Positions 18,781 through 29,174 of a stretch of 64,000 bases of DNA are shown here, piece by piece. The DNA lies in assembly GCA_963740355.1 (NCBI GenBank), contig CAVUDW010000002.1, positions 416,001 to 480,000 on the forward strand, given 5' to 3'. This DNA comes from an uncultured Gemmatimonadaceae bacterium (GTDB lineage: Bacteria > Gemmatimonadota > Gemmatimonadetes > Gemmatimonadales > Gemmatimonadaceae). Below the pieces are notes generated by a model that saw nothing but the letters and a program-made list of their open reading frames with translations, was not told the DNA's origin and did no database searches. Numbering within the stretch: position 1 is the first letter of the stretch; each line of letters opens with the position of its first letter. A program made the translations under genes and the position numbers.

Positions 18781-21700
18781 TCACCACTTCCACTCGCGCG
18801 AGAGGAAGAGCCCGAAGTTCTGCAGGCTATTCGGATTCTGAACCTGCAACGTCTGGCTCTGCAGCAGGAAGCGCGGGCCAAAGGTGGTCTCGAGGCGATA
18901 GTTCTTCGGCAGGCGGTATTCGATTCTGAGGCCGACTGGAGAGATGCCGCTCGCGCCGGTGAACCGTGCGGGATTGAGCGTGATGACCGCGTAACTGCGT
19001 GTGCCGAAGTAGCGACCGTACTCGATTTCTGTCGCCAGCAGAAAGCCCTTGTAGCCGCTCAACACACTTTGGAATTCCTGCGCACTTCCGGTCGATGTGA
19101 TGTTGAGGATGTCGGCACCCAACGCACGTGCGACGTTGCCTTCGACGCTGTTCAGCAACCCGTCGAGCGCGAAGGACGTCAGCTGCCGGTTCACGATGCC
19201 GCCAAAGCCGCCCACCAGTCCGCCGCCTGCACCGGAACCGCCGCCTGACAACAACGAGCCACTGGCACCACTGAAGGCCAGGTAGCTGATCAGGTCTGTC
19301 TGCGGAATCGGTGGCTGCGCATCGCTCTCCAAAGACAGGCGCGGGCGTACCAACGTACCGCCGATGTTCAGGCGAATCGCAAATGCCTGCTGCGATGCGG
19401 GGCGGATCTGCACTTCGGCAGCAGCCTGCAGCAGAGGATTGAGGTCCGACGTGCCAAGGAACGTGGCCGACCCGCGCACGATGTTGAATCGCTTGCCAAG
19501 GAATTCGTACTGACCGCGCTCCGTGGCCACGATCCCATCGAGGGTGATGCCACCGGTCACGGGATTGATCGCGACCTGCAGCTCGCCGTCGGTGTACACC
19601 TCGACGTTCGCTTCCTTGCTGCGGACCCACACGTTGCGATCGACGCGAGCGACGACCTGCGTCTTGAGTCCACGAATGAAGTCCGAGGGTGGCACGATCA
19701 GGCCACGCTCGCGCGCTTCCGTGCTATCCACCGCGCCCAGCAACGCCGGATCGCTCGCGTTCAGCACTGTCGTCACTCGGCGCTCATCACTCAGTCGATA
19801 GACGCCCTCACGCACGCGGAGGCTGCCATCGATGGACGCCGCATTGTACGCGCCCGTCAGCGTGAGGTCGGCGAGGGCGCTGATGCGCCCCTGCGAGCCA
19901 TCCAGCACCCGCGCGTTGCGCGCCACCAGCTTCAGGTCGAACAGCGGGTTCGTCACCTTCCGCAGCCCCACACCGCCGGTGACGCGAATCGTGCCGTCGC
20001 CGCTCTTGGCCACCACCGAATCCACCACCATCGAGTCGCCGCGGAAGCGGATGTCCCCATTCATCGCCCGAATCGGCAGCTCGGCCGCCACGATGAACGC
20101 CTCACCGTCGCGCAACGTCAGGTTGCCATCGAACGTCAGGTTATCCGGCAGCGTACCGCGGACCTGCACTCGTCCCACGGTCTGGCCCTTCACATCGCTG
20201 ATCGCGGTGCTCAGCGCCGGAAGGATGTCCAGCGGCAGTGAATCGAGCTGGATGTCGCCGATGAATGGCAGGTCGAGCAAGCGCTTCGGCTTGCCACTCA
20301 GCGCGAGATCGATTGGAATCGTCGCGTTGGCGCGAGCATTGGCTGCCTGATCGGGTCGACGGACTTCCGCGTACGCGACCGCCTTCTTCGCCGCGTAATT
20401 CATGCGGGCGCGGAATTCCGGCAGTGGCAGGCTGTCGTAGACGACGTCGCGGATCGCGCCAAGAAACGAGATCTTCGGATCGGCAGCCGTGCCATCCACG
20501 TACAAGTCGGCCGAGACACGACCATCCACCGGCGAAATCGTCTGCGCGAGGTCAGCCAGGTCCCACAGCTGCGTATTTCGAATCGCCAGCGTGACGTTGG
20601 TCGTGCCGCCGGTATCGACGGCCGCATCGAGCTGGAGTCGGGCGTCACCCTGTGTCTCGAGCGCCAGCGAGTCGACCGTGAACCGGCCCTTCGACCACGA
20701 GGCACGCCACGGATAGGGTGTGGCCCACTGCGACGACGGCAACGTCAGCGATGTGCTGTCGACACGCGCCTGATAGGTGGCGGAGTCGAGCACCAGCGCG
20801 CCCTTGAGTGCGATGCCAGTGGAATCGATCAGGTGCACATCGATGCCCAGGGTACCGGCACCGGTGGCGAGGGTACCGCGACGCCACGCGTAGGCGGAAG
20901 TGAGGTCGATTGAATCGACCCGGAACCCCGCCACACTCATGCCGCCAAGGTGCCCGCTCAGCGCCGCCGTCGAACTGTCGCTGCCGAGGTGCGTCCATTG
21001 CGGGCGCAGCGTGACGCGTCGGGCGTTGTTGCCATTCACGAACAGGTTCTGTGCATCCAGCGCGCCGCTGCCACTGATGTCCTTCAACCAGCCCTGCAGC
21101 GAGATGTTGAGTGTGGCCTCACCCGAGAGTGAATCACCACGCAACGGAGCCGGTGGCACGATCTTGAGTGCGATCGGCGCCAGCCCGCGTGCGGCGCGCT
21201 CGACTTCCGTCCGGCGCGCGAGCGCCAGCGAGTCGGCACGCTGGCGACGAATCGACCGCACGATGGCAGCCTGACTGGGCGCGATCAGCGCGCTGTCGCC
21301 AGGCAGGTACGGACGCAGGCGCTGCAACGAGTCGATGGAGATGGCCAGCTTCAACTCACCGGTGCGTCCTTCGCGCAATCCGAATGTGCCAGACCCATTG
21401 CCGATGGCACCACCGATCCGCAGCATCAGCGTATCCAGCGTCAGCACACCATCGTGCGCATTGGCGGCCAGCGTCACCGTATCGACACGGATGCGGTCCA
21501 CTTCCGACGCCCGCAAGTCGAGCACCACACGACCTTCCAGATCCGCGACCGTGGTGCCGCGCGCATTCACCGCCGCGATGCCAACCAGCCGGGTCGCGAT
21601 CGCATTCGGGATCAGGCGGCGCAGGTCGAGCGAATCGGCCGTCAGGATCACGTCGGCGAACGAGGGACCGCGTTCCGGCACGCCGAACCGCCCGGCCACC

Positions 21701-23391
21701 TGTAACGCTCCGGCACTGTCCACCCGCACCGTGGACTTCACCAGCATGTTCGAGAGCACGCCCTGCAAGGAGAGGGTGCCCGATGCATTGCCACGCAGGC
21801 CAAGCGTCGGCGCAAACCGTCCCATCGCCGGAAGTGACAGCGGTTCGAACAGCAGGTTCGCATCCACCAGCGGTTCGACGCCGGTGATGTTCACGCGCGC
21901 CCGGCCGTTGATGCGCGAGTCGAGGCCTTCCACACTGTGTACCAGCGCAAGCCGTGTATCCAACCAGCCATCGGTGCGCCCGTTTACCGTCACCACACCA
22001 CCCACGCGACCGCCCAGTGGCTTCAGCGCTTCACTCGCGAGCGTCACTGGGACCGGCGTGATGTCGAGGCGCAGGTTGCGCGTCAGCAGGGCATCGCCCA
22101 CGCTACCCGCGATACCGCGGGCACGCATGTTCAGCGGACCAGCCTCGCGGTCGTCGAAGCGGAACACGCCATCGATCGTCGCGCCTGTCAGTGGTCCCTT
22201 CGCTGCCAGCGTGCCGCTCAGCACGCCCTCGCGCGGAATGGCGACGTCGGGCAGCAGTCGCTTCACGAGGCGCGTGTCGAGCGCATCGAGCCGCACCTTC
22301 ACGTCATCGAAGCGCGTGTCATCCTTGTCGAAACCGAAATCCAGCGTCCCGTTCAAGCGCGCCTTCTCCAGCGCCAGCGACAAGGAATGCAGCTGGATGT
22401 CGCTCGATGTGCCGCGCAGCACGTACTTGACGTCACCGATCGAGCCGGTGCCGCCCTTCGGCAACAGCGGAACGAGCCACAGCCAGTCATCGGTGACGAC
22501 CGTCGGCGCCTTGGCGGTCAGGGCAGCGTCGCCCGTCACCATGTTGTACTGGCCGTTCAACGTTGCGCGCGACTTCGGCAACTCCGCGGCGACGTTCCGG
22601 AACCAGACCGAGTCGCTGTTCACGAACACCGTGCCCGACACGCCGCGCAGGTCGAGCACCGGCGGATGGAACGGCTTGATGGTGCCGTAGCCGCGCGCGA
22701 TCTCGAACTTCTGTACTGTCTGGCCTGGATACTTGATCCGTGCGTACGGCGCAAAGATCGAGACATGCTCGAGCACCGTCACGCGCTGGTAGCCGCCTGG
22801 CACCGCTTCCACGACGGGGCGCAGCTTGCCGGCCAATGCCAGGGCGAGCACTGAATCGCGTCCCTTCGGTGCACGCCACGCATCGACGTTGTACGGACTG
22901 CGCGCAGTGAGGTTGGCGTCGATCAGCGTGACGTTCCTCAACTCGACCCAATCGCCGAACTGCGGATTGGGACCGTGCGCTCGCTTGGTCGTATCCGGAA
23001 ACAGGATCGCATCCCAGTTCCAGCGCTTGCCCGGCAGCCGGTTCAAGACGATTACCGGTCGCTCGGCACGCACGTTGTCGAGGATCACGCGCCTGTTCCA
23101 CAGGTCACTGATCGACCAGGTGGCACGCACCAGCGGTGCCTTGATGAAGGGCGCGCCTGCGGAGTCGGTGATCACGACGTCGTGCACGGTGGCACGTGTG
23201 AACACCGGCAAGTCGATGCTGCCGACGCTCACCTTGCCCGCGAACTGGTTGTTGAGCGCGTCCTCGACGAAAAGGCGAACCTTTTCGCGGCCCCACTCGG
23301 TGCGAGGCAGATACACCACCGCCGCGACAGCGAGGAGCAACGCGCTGCCCATGCACAATGCGACCGCGGCCGCGATCCGTCGCTTCCTCAG
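18781..23391 (-). CDS. tamB: Translocation and assembly module TamB (AsmA-like)
   Basis: About 1530 aa of beta-rich repeats, N-terminal TM anchor and C-terminal DUF490-like region (GQYEFLGKRF, IGGTLVRPRLSLES); start is TTG 23358 or CTG 23391. Confidence 0.85.
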   Translation of the reverse strand: MRKRRIAAAVALCMGSALLLAVAAVVYLPRTEWGREKVRLFVEDALNNQFAGKVSVGSIDLPVFTRATVHDVVITDSAGAPFIKAPLVRATWSISDLWNRRVILDNVRAERPVIVLNRLPGKRWNWDAILFPDTTKRAHGPNPQFGDWVELRNVTLIDANLTARSPYNVDAWRAPKGRDSVLALALAGKLRPVVEAVPGGYQRVTVLEHVSIFAPYARIKYPGQTVQKFEIARGYGTIKPFHPPVLDLRGVSGTVFVNSDSVWFRNVAAELPKSRATLNGQYNMVTGDAALTAKAPTVVTDDWLWLVPLLPKGGTGSIGDVKYVLRGTSSDIQLHSLSLALEKARLNGTLDFGFDKDDTRFDDVKVRLDALDTRLVKRLLPDVAIPREGVLSGTLAAKGPLTGATIDGVFRFDDREAGPLNMRARGIAGSVGDALLTRNLRLDITPVPVTLASEALKPLGGRVGGVVTVNGRTDGWLDTRLALVHSVEGLDSRINGRARVNITGVEPLVDANLLFEPLSLPAMGRFAPTLGLRGNASGTLSLQGVLSNMLVKSTVRVDSAGALQVAGRFGVPERGPSFADVILTADSLDLRRLIPNAIATRLVGIAAVNARGTTVADLEGRVVLDLRASEVDRIRVDTVTLAANAHDGVLTLDTLMLRIGGAIGNGSGTFGLREGRTGELKLAISIDSLQRLRPYLPGDSALIAPSQAAIVRSIRRQRADSLALARRTEVERAARGLAPIALKIVPPAPLRGDSLSGEATLNISLQGWLKDISGSGALDAQNLFVNGNNARRVTLRPQWTHLGSDSSTAALSGHLGGMSVAGFRVDSIDLTSAYAWRRGTLATGAGTLGIDVHLIDSTGIALKGALVLDSATYQARVDSTSLTLPSSQWATPYPWRASWSKGRFTVDSLALETQGDARLQLDAAVDTGGTTNVTLAIRNTQLWDLADLAQTISPVDGRVSADLYVDGTAADPKISFLGAIRDVVYDSLPLPEFRARMNYAAKKAVAYAEVRRPDQAANARANATIPIDLALSGKPKRLLDLPFIGDIQLDSLPLDILPALSTAISDVKGQTVGRVQVRGTLPDNLTFDGNLTLRDGEAFIVAAELPIRAMNGDIRFRGDSMVVDSVVAKSGDGTIRVTGGVGLRKVTNPLFDLKLVARNARVLDGSQGRISALADLTLTGAYNAASIDGSLRVREGVYRLSDERRVTTVLNASDPALLGAVDSTEARERGLIVPPSDFIRGLKTQVVARVDRNVWVRSKEANVEVYTDGELQVAINPVTGGITLDGIVATERGQYEFLGKRFNIVRGSATFLGTSDLNPLLQAAAEVQIRPASQQAFAIRLNIGGTLVRPRLSLESDAQPPIPQTDLISYLAFSGASGSLLSGGGSGAGGGLVGGFGGIVNRQLTSFALDGLLNSVEGNVARALGADILNITSTGSAQEFQSVLSGYKGFLLATEIEYGRYFGTRSYAVITLNPARFTGASGISPVGLRIEYRLPKNYRLETTFGPRFLLQSQTLQVQNPNSLQNFGLFLSREWKW

Positions 23392-25739
23392 AACGCCTCC
23401 CCGATCGACAGGTGCAACGTCAGTCGATTGAAGATGCCACCCAATCCGGTTCCGGTTGCCGGATTGAACGAGCGTTGCTTGCCGATCTGGTACAACCCAG
23501 AGCGCTGCGTGACGCCATTCGCCTCCAGCCAGGTCGAGTCACTCGGCACCAGCTCCGTGATGACGCTCAACTGCTCGAGGGCGCGCGGGTTGTAGCCGAC
23601 GTCCACGCGGATGGGGCCGACGGGGCTGAGATAGCGAATGCCGATGCCGGGCGTGAAGACGGTGGCCGTACCGCCAAACTTCGCACCGACCGATCCGGCG
23701 TCGAGGAACGCGGCCAACGTGATCGGCCCCCAGAAACGATACCGCGCCTCGATCGACCCTTCGAGCAGCGCTGAAGCGCCAAGGGGTTTCGGTGTGAAGT
23801 CGCCATCGCGGAAGTCCGATGTCGGTCGGCCGTTCCGCAACGGCGCTCCGGTGCTGTCAGTGAAGCAGTTCGGAAGCGACACATTCGGATCGCACGGCAG
23901 ACGTCCATCGCGCAACGAGGGGTTGGCCAGCAAGCTGTCGAAGCCTGCTGCGGACGGCTGGAAGACGGAGCGCGGAATCACGAGCACACGCGGCCCCAGC
24001 TGGTTTTCACCATAGCCGCGCACCGACCGGGCACCACCGGCGTAGAAGCGCTTCCGGGGGAGGATGATCGGCACACTGTCGCCGTTCGCTCGCTGCCCCA
24101 CGACATAACCTGCGTGGAGCCGGACGGCCACCGTCAGCTTCTCGCTGACGCGGAAGTACCGCGCACCGTCCAGCTCGAACCGCACATAGCGGAACTGCGA
24201 CCCGGTCCACGTGTCGGCCAGTTCGATGTCGGATCGCCAGGTGTAGCCGCGGGTCGGACCAATTGGATCGTCCCGATGATCGCTGGCCGCCGAGAGCGAC
24301 AACGGCGCGAGCCGCTGCGTGCTGCGCAGCACGCGCAGTGATGGCTCATCGCAGACACCGAAGTTCACGCAGTAGTAGGTGTCGGCCGCCGAGACGTTCG
24401 TGAACTCGAGACGATACTGCAAGCTCACTGGAACCGTCTTCGTCACGTTGCGCGTGAAGCTCGCGCCAACGCCGCCACCCTGGTCGACGAACACGCCCGG
24501 TGATGAGCGCCGATAGCCGAATGCGCTGAAGCCGGTCTGGTTGCGGCTGTCGCTGAGCCACCGACGCCGGACTTCCGCGTTGACCTGAAAGGTTGGCTGC
24601 AGGTAGACCGGATCATCGTTGCCGAGATTCGACGGCAACACGTTGTTGAACACGAACTTGTTGTTGAGCTGCGTGCCGAGCAGGTTGCCGAGTGTCGCCT
24701 GCAGCGTCAGGCGTCCCGCGTTGTTCCGGAAGTTGGCATCCGTGTAGCGCGCGTCGACCTGGAAGAAGTCGACCGTGCTCACGCCGCCGGTCACCCGAAA
24801 CGCCTTGGTGGGCAACTCCTCCACGGACGCGATCAGTTTCTTCAGCGGGGGGGCGGTTCCGGAATCGACGCGAACGAAGGCTCGCTTGAAGAAGCCAGCC
24901 TCATACAGCGCGCGCTGGCTCTCGATCACGCCGATGCGAGAGTACCGGTCTCCGGCCTTCACGCCCATCGTGTTGGCCACCACGCGTGGGTCGTATTTCT
25001 CCGTGCCCTCGACGCGAATCGACTCGATGCGCGTCTCGTAGAGCCCCTTCACGTCGAACGACACGGCGGCCCGCGGGCTGCTGGTATCGGCGACGGCCAC
25101 GGGCGCGATCGTCATGTCGCCGAAGCCTTCCGCATCGAGGTGCATCGCGATGCGCGACGCGATCGAGTCGAGGTGAATCAGGTCGAGCGGCTGCCCGATC
25201 CTGATGTCCACCACTGATCGCAGGTCGTGCACCGACAGCAGCGAGTCGAGTTGACCGAGGTTGATGCTGCCGATCACCGTCGGCGGCCCTTCCACCACCT
25301 TGAGGGCGATCTCGATGTGCCCTTCGTCGATCTTCGTGATGTCGGGGGTCACCTGTGCCGCGCGCCACCCGCGCTTCCAGTACAGCACACGCAGGCGCAG
25401 GATGTCGCGATCCAGTTCGGCCTTGTCGAGTGTGACCTTCTTCTTCATGAAGTCGAAACGCAAGATCCGACAGGCGCCCCACAGCTTGCAGTGCGAAGCC
25501 TCGGTCGCGATCGCGGCCTTCAATTCATCGGTGCTGATGTTGACGTTGCCGTCGATCTTCAGCCGGTCGATCACCGGCTGCGACACCACGCGCTTGAGCG
25601 TCTGTGACGCTGGCGGCACGACGGGCTGTGATGCCGCCTGCGCCCGCCCTGATGTACCAGTGATACACCAGAGCAGCACAACGCCCGCCGCACTCAGTGC
25701 GCGACGGGCGTTACGACAGAGACCAACCGACACCCTCAA
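23388..25739 (-). CDS. tamA: Omp85-family (TamA/BamA-like) outer membrane protein
   Basis: Signal peptide, POTRA-like repeats, RFYAGGARSVRGY, YLSPVGPIRVDVG and C-terminal SIGEAF; adjacent to tamB. Confidence 0.88.
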   Translation of the reverse strand: MRVSVGLCRNARRALSAAGVVLLWCITGTSGRAQAASQPVVPPASQTLKRVVSQPVIDRLKIDGNVNISTDELKAAIATEASHCKLWGACRILRFDFMKKKVTLDKAELDRDILRLRVLYWKRGWRAAQVTPDITKIDEGHIEIALKVVEGPPTVIGSINLGQLDSLLSVHDLRSVVDIRIGQPLDLIHLDSIASRIAMHLDAEGFGDMTIAPVAVADTSSPRAAVSFDVKGLYETRIESIRVEGTEKYDPRVVANTMGVKAGDRYSRIGVIESQRALYEAGFFKRAFVRVDSGTAPPLKKLIASVEELPTKAFRVTGGVSTVDFFQVDARYTDANFRNNAGRLTLQATLGNLLGTQLNNKFVFNNVLPSNLGNDDPVYLQPTFQVNAEVRRRWLSDSRNQTGFSAFGYRRSSPGVFVDQGGGVGASFTRNVTKTVPVSLQYRLEFTNVSAADTYYCVNFGVCDEPSLRVLRSTQRLAPLSLSAASDHRDDPIGPTRGYTWRSDIELADTWTGSQFRYVRFELDGARYFRVSEKLTVAVRLHAGYVVGQRANGDSVPIILPRKRFYAGGARSVRGYGENQLGPRVLVIPRSVFQPSAAGFDSLLANPSLRDGRLPCDPNVSLPNCFTDSTGAPLRNGRPTSDFRDGDFTPKPLGASALLEGSIEARYRFWGPITLAAFLDAGSVGAKFGGTATVFTPGIGIRYLSPVGPIRVDVGYNPRALEQLSVITELVPSDSTWLEANGVTQRSGLYQIGKQRSFNPATGTGLGGIFNRLTLHLSIGEAF

Positions 25740-27700
25740 AGGCCAGCCAGCAACGCGTCGTTATTGGCTGTCGCCGAGATGCGCTTGATCAACCACTCCA
25801 TCGCGCTCATCGGGGGCATCTGCTGCAGTCCGCGGCGCAGCATGTAGATCGACTGCACCTGCTCGGCCTTGTAGAGCTTCTCCTCTCGACGGGTTCCGCT
25901 GGCAGGAATGTCGATCGCAGGGAAGATCCGGCGTTCCGCGAGGCCACGATCGAGCTTGATCTCGCAGTTGCCCGTTCCCTTGAACTCCTCGAAGATCACA
26001 TCGTCCATCCGCGAGCCCGTTTCCACGAGGGCGGTGGCGATGATGGTGAGGCTGCCGCCGCCATCTTCCGGTGCCACGTTACGGGCGCTGCCGAAGAACG
26101 CCTTCGGCTTCGCCATCGCATTGGCATCGAGGCCGCCAGACATCGTGCGACCGGTGCCACGATTGGCCGTGTTGAACGCGCGGCCCATGCGGGTGATCGA
26201 ATCCAGCACGATCACCACATCCTTGCCCATCTCCACCAGGCGATGCGCCCGCTCGGTGACCATCTCGGTCACGTCCACATGGCGCTGTGCCGGCTGGTCG
26301 AAGCTGGAGGCGATCACTTCGCCCACTTCCCACGAAATCGCCTCGCTCACTTCCTCGGGACGTTCGTCCACCAGCAGCAGCATCAGGATCGCGTCCGGGT
26401 GATTGAGGTGCACACCCTCGGTGATCGCCTGCAGCAGCGTCGTCTTGCCGGCGCGGGCCGGTGCCACGATCAGCGCACGCTGCCCATAGCCGATCGGCGC
26501 GATGAGGTCGATCGCACGACGCGTGATCTCCGGACCGACCTTGGCAGGCCGGCCAGTCTCGAGCGTCAGGCGCTTGTTCGGATACGATGCGGTGAGGCTC
26601 TTGAAGTCCTTGCGGCGCACATTGGGATCGGGCGCCATTTCATTGATCGTCGTGATTTCACAGACCGTGGGACGGCGACGCTGGTCGTGTCCCCATGAGC
26701 CGGAAATCAGGTCGGCGCGACGCAACTGGAACTGTCGCGCCATCCAACCGGGAATGAATGGATCACCGGGCTGCGGCAGGTAGCTCGCTGCACCGCGGCG
26801 GATGAATCCACCATCGCCGCGCGCCGGATCATACCAACCCGTGATCGTGGCTTCGGCGGTGACGATGCTCGAACCAGGCGTCTCCTCACGTGGCTGACGG
26901 TCGGTGTTGCGGTCAGCGGTGTTGCCGTTGTTCCGATCGCCGCGCTCCGGGCGCGGGCCGCGTTCGTTGCGCGGTGGGCGATCATTTCGTTCAGGACGCG
27001 GGCCACGCTCGTGACGCGGCGCATTGGCCTGCGGTGCGGCCTCACTCCCTTCCGCGGCACCATCGCGGAACTTGTTGCGTCCCCGACCACGCCGACGCTG
27101 AAAGCGTCCGCGGCGTTCATTACGGTCCGCGTTGCGATCGGTTGCGTTGCGGTCCGCCGGCGGTCGGTCTGAGGGTCCGCGATCTGATGGCCCCCGGTCG
27201 CCGCCGTTGTTGCGGTCGGTGCCAGCGCGTTCGACGCGCTCGCCACCGCGGTCCGTGCCCTGCGCGCTGCGATCGCTGGTGCGATCTGCCGCGCGTTCGC
27301 CGCCACTGCCGTCGTTGCTCGACTCGATCGGCGTGAACTCGGCTCGCGGTGGTGGCGTGGCTGGCGCACTCGGCGCGGTTGCGACTGGAGCGGACGAAAC
27401 CGGCGCCTCGCTCGGCGCAGCATCCGCGGCGGTCTTGCGGGGGCGGCCCCGCGGCTTCTTCGCTTCGACGACGTCCGCGATTTCCGCAACGGCTGGCGGT
27501 GCTTTCGCGGCTGCGGCTTTCGCCGCGCTCGACTTCGATGCGGTGGACTTTGCCGTGGCGACCTTCGGCGCGGTTACCACCGCGGCTGGGGCATCACTGC
27601 TGTCCTTGTACGGATTCGGCTCGTCACCCTGCGCAGTCTTACGCGGGGAACGCGGACCGCGCCCCTGAGAGGGGCGGCGGGGCTCGGTCATGTCATCCAT
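25736..27700 (-). CDS. rho: Transcription termination factor Rho with a long low-complexity N-terminal extension
   Basis: PIGYGQRALIVAPARAGKT, LLVDERPEEV, LDSITR, MSGGLD and FEEFKGTGNCE motifs; about 280 aa disordered N-terminus. Confidence 0.95.
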   Translation of the reverse strand: MDDMTEPRRPSQGRGPRSPRKTAQGDEPNPYKDSSDAPAAVVTAPKVATAKSTASKSSAAKAAAAKAPPAVAEIADVVEAKKPRGRPRKTAADAAPSEAPVSSAPVATAPSAPATPPPRAEFTPIESSNDGSGGERAADRTSDRSAQGTDRGGERVERAGTDRNNGGDRGPSDRGPSDRPPADRNATDRNADRNERRGRFQRRRGRGRNKFRDGAAEGSEAAPQANAPRHERGPRPERNDRPPRNERGPRPERGDRNNGNTADRNTDRQPREETPGSSIVTAEATITGWYDPARGDGGFIRRGAASYLPQPGDPFIPGWMARQFQLRRADLISGSWGHDQRRRPTVCEITTINEMAPDPNVRRKDFKSLTASYPNKRLTLETGRPAKVGPEITRRAIDLIAPIGYGQRALIVAPARAGKTTLLQAITEGVHLNHPDAILMLLLVDERPEEVSEAISWEVGEVIASSFDQPAQRHVDVTEMVTERAHRLVEMGKDVVIVLDSITRMGRAFNTANRGTGRTMSGGLDANAMAKPKAFFGSARNVAPEDGGGSLTIIATALVETGSRMDDVIFEEFKGTGNCEIKLDRGLAERRIFPAIDIPASGTRREEKLYKAEQVQSIYMLRRGLQQMPPMSAMEWLIKRISATANNDALLAGL

Positions 27701-28085
27701 GTGCTACGTGGTTTACTGCGCACGGCACGGTGCGAAATCACCGGCGCGCTAAGGTGCACGCAACGCGTGACACCCCTTCGGAACAATCGTGACATCGGCG
27801 CGCCACGCCATCTGGAACGATGCGCGGGCATGCGACTGTCGCGATGAAAAAATCAGGACGGGCGAATGCCCGAAATACGGCAGAACGGCGGGAAAAACGC
27901 TGCGACGATACGTCGGACGGACGATCGTGGACATACGGCACCAACCGCGACGGAACAGACACACTGCGATTGGCGGAGGCATTCAGGCGGGCGGGCAATC
28001 GGCCACACCGACCTCGGATGCTCGCGTTCGGGGGAGGGACCCGCGTGGACTCGCAGGGCTTCCAGCTCTCAAACGCTTAGGCCAG

Positions 28086-28114
28086 AGTATCGTCACAGGT
28101 CGGCGGGAGCGCAA
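28086..28114 (-). promoter_or_regulatory. Putative sigma70 promoter of rho, implying a leader of about 380 nt
   Basis: On the minus strand TTGCGC-17 nt-GATACT. Confidence 0.45.
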
Positions 28115-28201
28115 GCCATCCCGCCCCAACCGGTACGAATTCATGCCAATCCACCTCACCTTCACCGCCAGTGCGCTTGGGGCGCGACCTAGCTTTCACG
28201 C

Positions 28202-28792
28202 ATGACCACGAACACTGATCCCCGGACGGCGGTGGCGCAGGCCGTTGCCGAATATCAGGCCACGGCCGACACCGGTTCCCTCTTCGCCGCGCTCGATCGC
28301 ATCGCCGCATCAGCCATGCCCGACGCCTTGATCGAAGCTGCCGAACCGTACCGCACCATTCCTGAAGTCGCCGGACCGCTGTACGAAAAAGTCGTCGCGG
28401 CCCAACCCAGCAACGCCCGTGCCCTGGTCATTCTGGCCAATGCGTACTGGCTCAGCGGTCGTGGGCCCGTCGTCGTCGGCGAGCTTGCCGAGCGTGCGAT
28501 CGCCGCCGATCCCTCGAATCGTGGTGGCTGGCACATGTGGGCGCTAACGGAAAGCGATCCGCGCGATCGGACCACGCGGTGGAAGCAGATCGTCGATCGG
28601 TTCCCCGAGGACGAGCTGGCGATGGCAAATCTGGCGGACAACGCCGCCGCGCTCGCCGGCGCGGAAAAAGACTACGATGCGCTCGACCTTGCGGTCTATA
28701 CCTACGAGCAGCTGCTCGAGCGTGCGACCCAGCCTGATCAGCGCGAAGCGCTCGACACGGCGCTCCGCTCACTCCGCGGCTGGAAGTTCTGA
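28202..28792 (+). CDS. Hypothetical alpha-helical (TPR-like) protein
   Basis: Typical codon use; TPR-like PSNARALVILANAYW...AERAIAADPSN; -10-like TAGCTT 6 nt before the ATG. Confidence 0.8.
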   Translation: MTTNTDPRTAVAQAVAEYQATADTGSLFAALDRIAASAMPDALIEAAEPYRTIPEVAGPLYEKVVAAQPSNARALVILANAYWLSGRGPVVVGELAERAIAADPSNRGGWHMWALTESDPRDRTTRWKQIVDRFPEDELAMANLADNAAALAGAEKDYDALDLAVYTYEQLLERATQPDQREALDTALRSLRGWKF

Positions 28793-28886
28793 CGGCGCGC
28801 GAGGTAATCCTTCAGTCTTACCCGTGTGCGCGTGAACGGTTTCAGGTTCAGGCGCATGCCGCTCTCTTCTCGCCGCATTCTCCCTC

Positions 28887-29174
28887 GTGACCAGTTCCGA
28901 CTCGATTCCGCCGACGCCCGCAGAGACGCGCGCTTACTGGTACCCGCGCGTTCGCGGCGGACTGACCATCATCGGGGGCACACTCGGCTATGTCGCACTG
29001 GCCAGCGCCTTCGGCACTGACGCAGGGTTCGGCAGCGCCCTGGTCGGCATGCTCGGTTCGATGGCGGCGATGGGCTGGATCTGGTGGCTGGAGGCACGTC
29101 GTGCCGCCAAATACCACGGCGGCGCGAGTGCCAGGCCTGAGGCGCCAGGTCAGCGCGACGCGGGCACGACGTAA
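28887..29174 (+). CDS. Small hypothetical membrane protein (2 TM)
   Basis: Two hydrophobic stretches; fills the gap between larger genes. Confidence 0.55.
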   Translation: MTSSDSIPPTPAETRAYWYPRVRGGLTIIGGTLGYVALASAFGTDAGFGSALVGMLGSMAAMGWIWWLEARRAAKYHGGASARPEAPGQRDAGTT

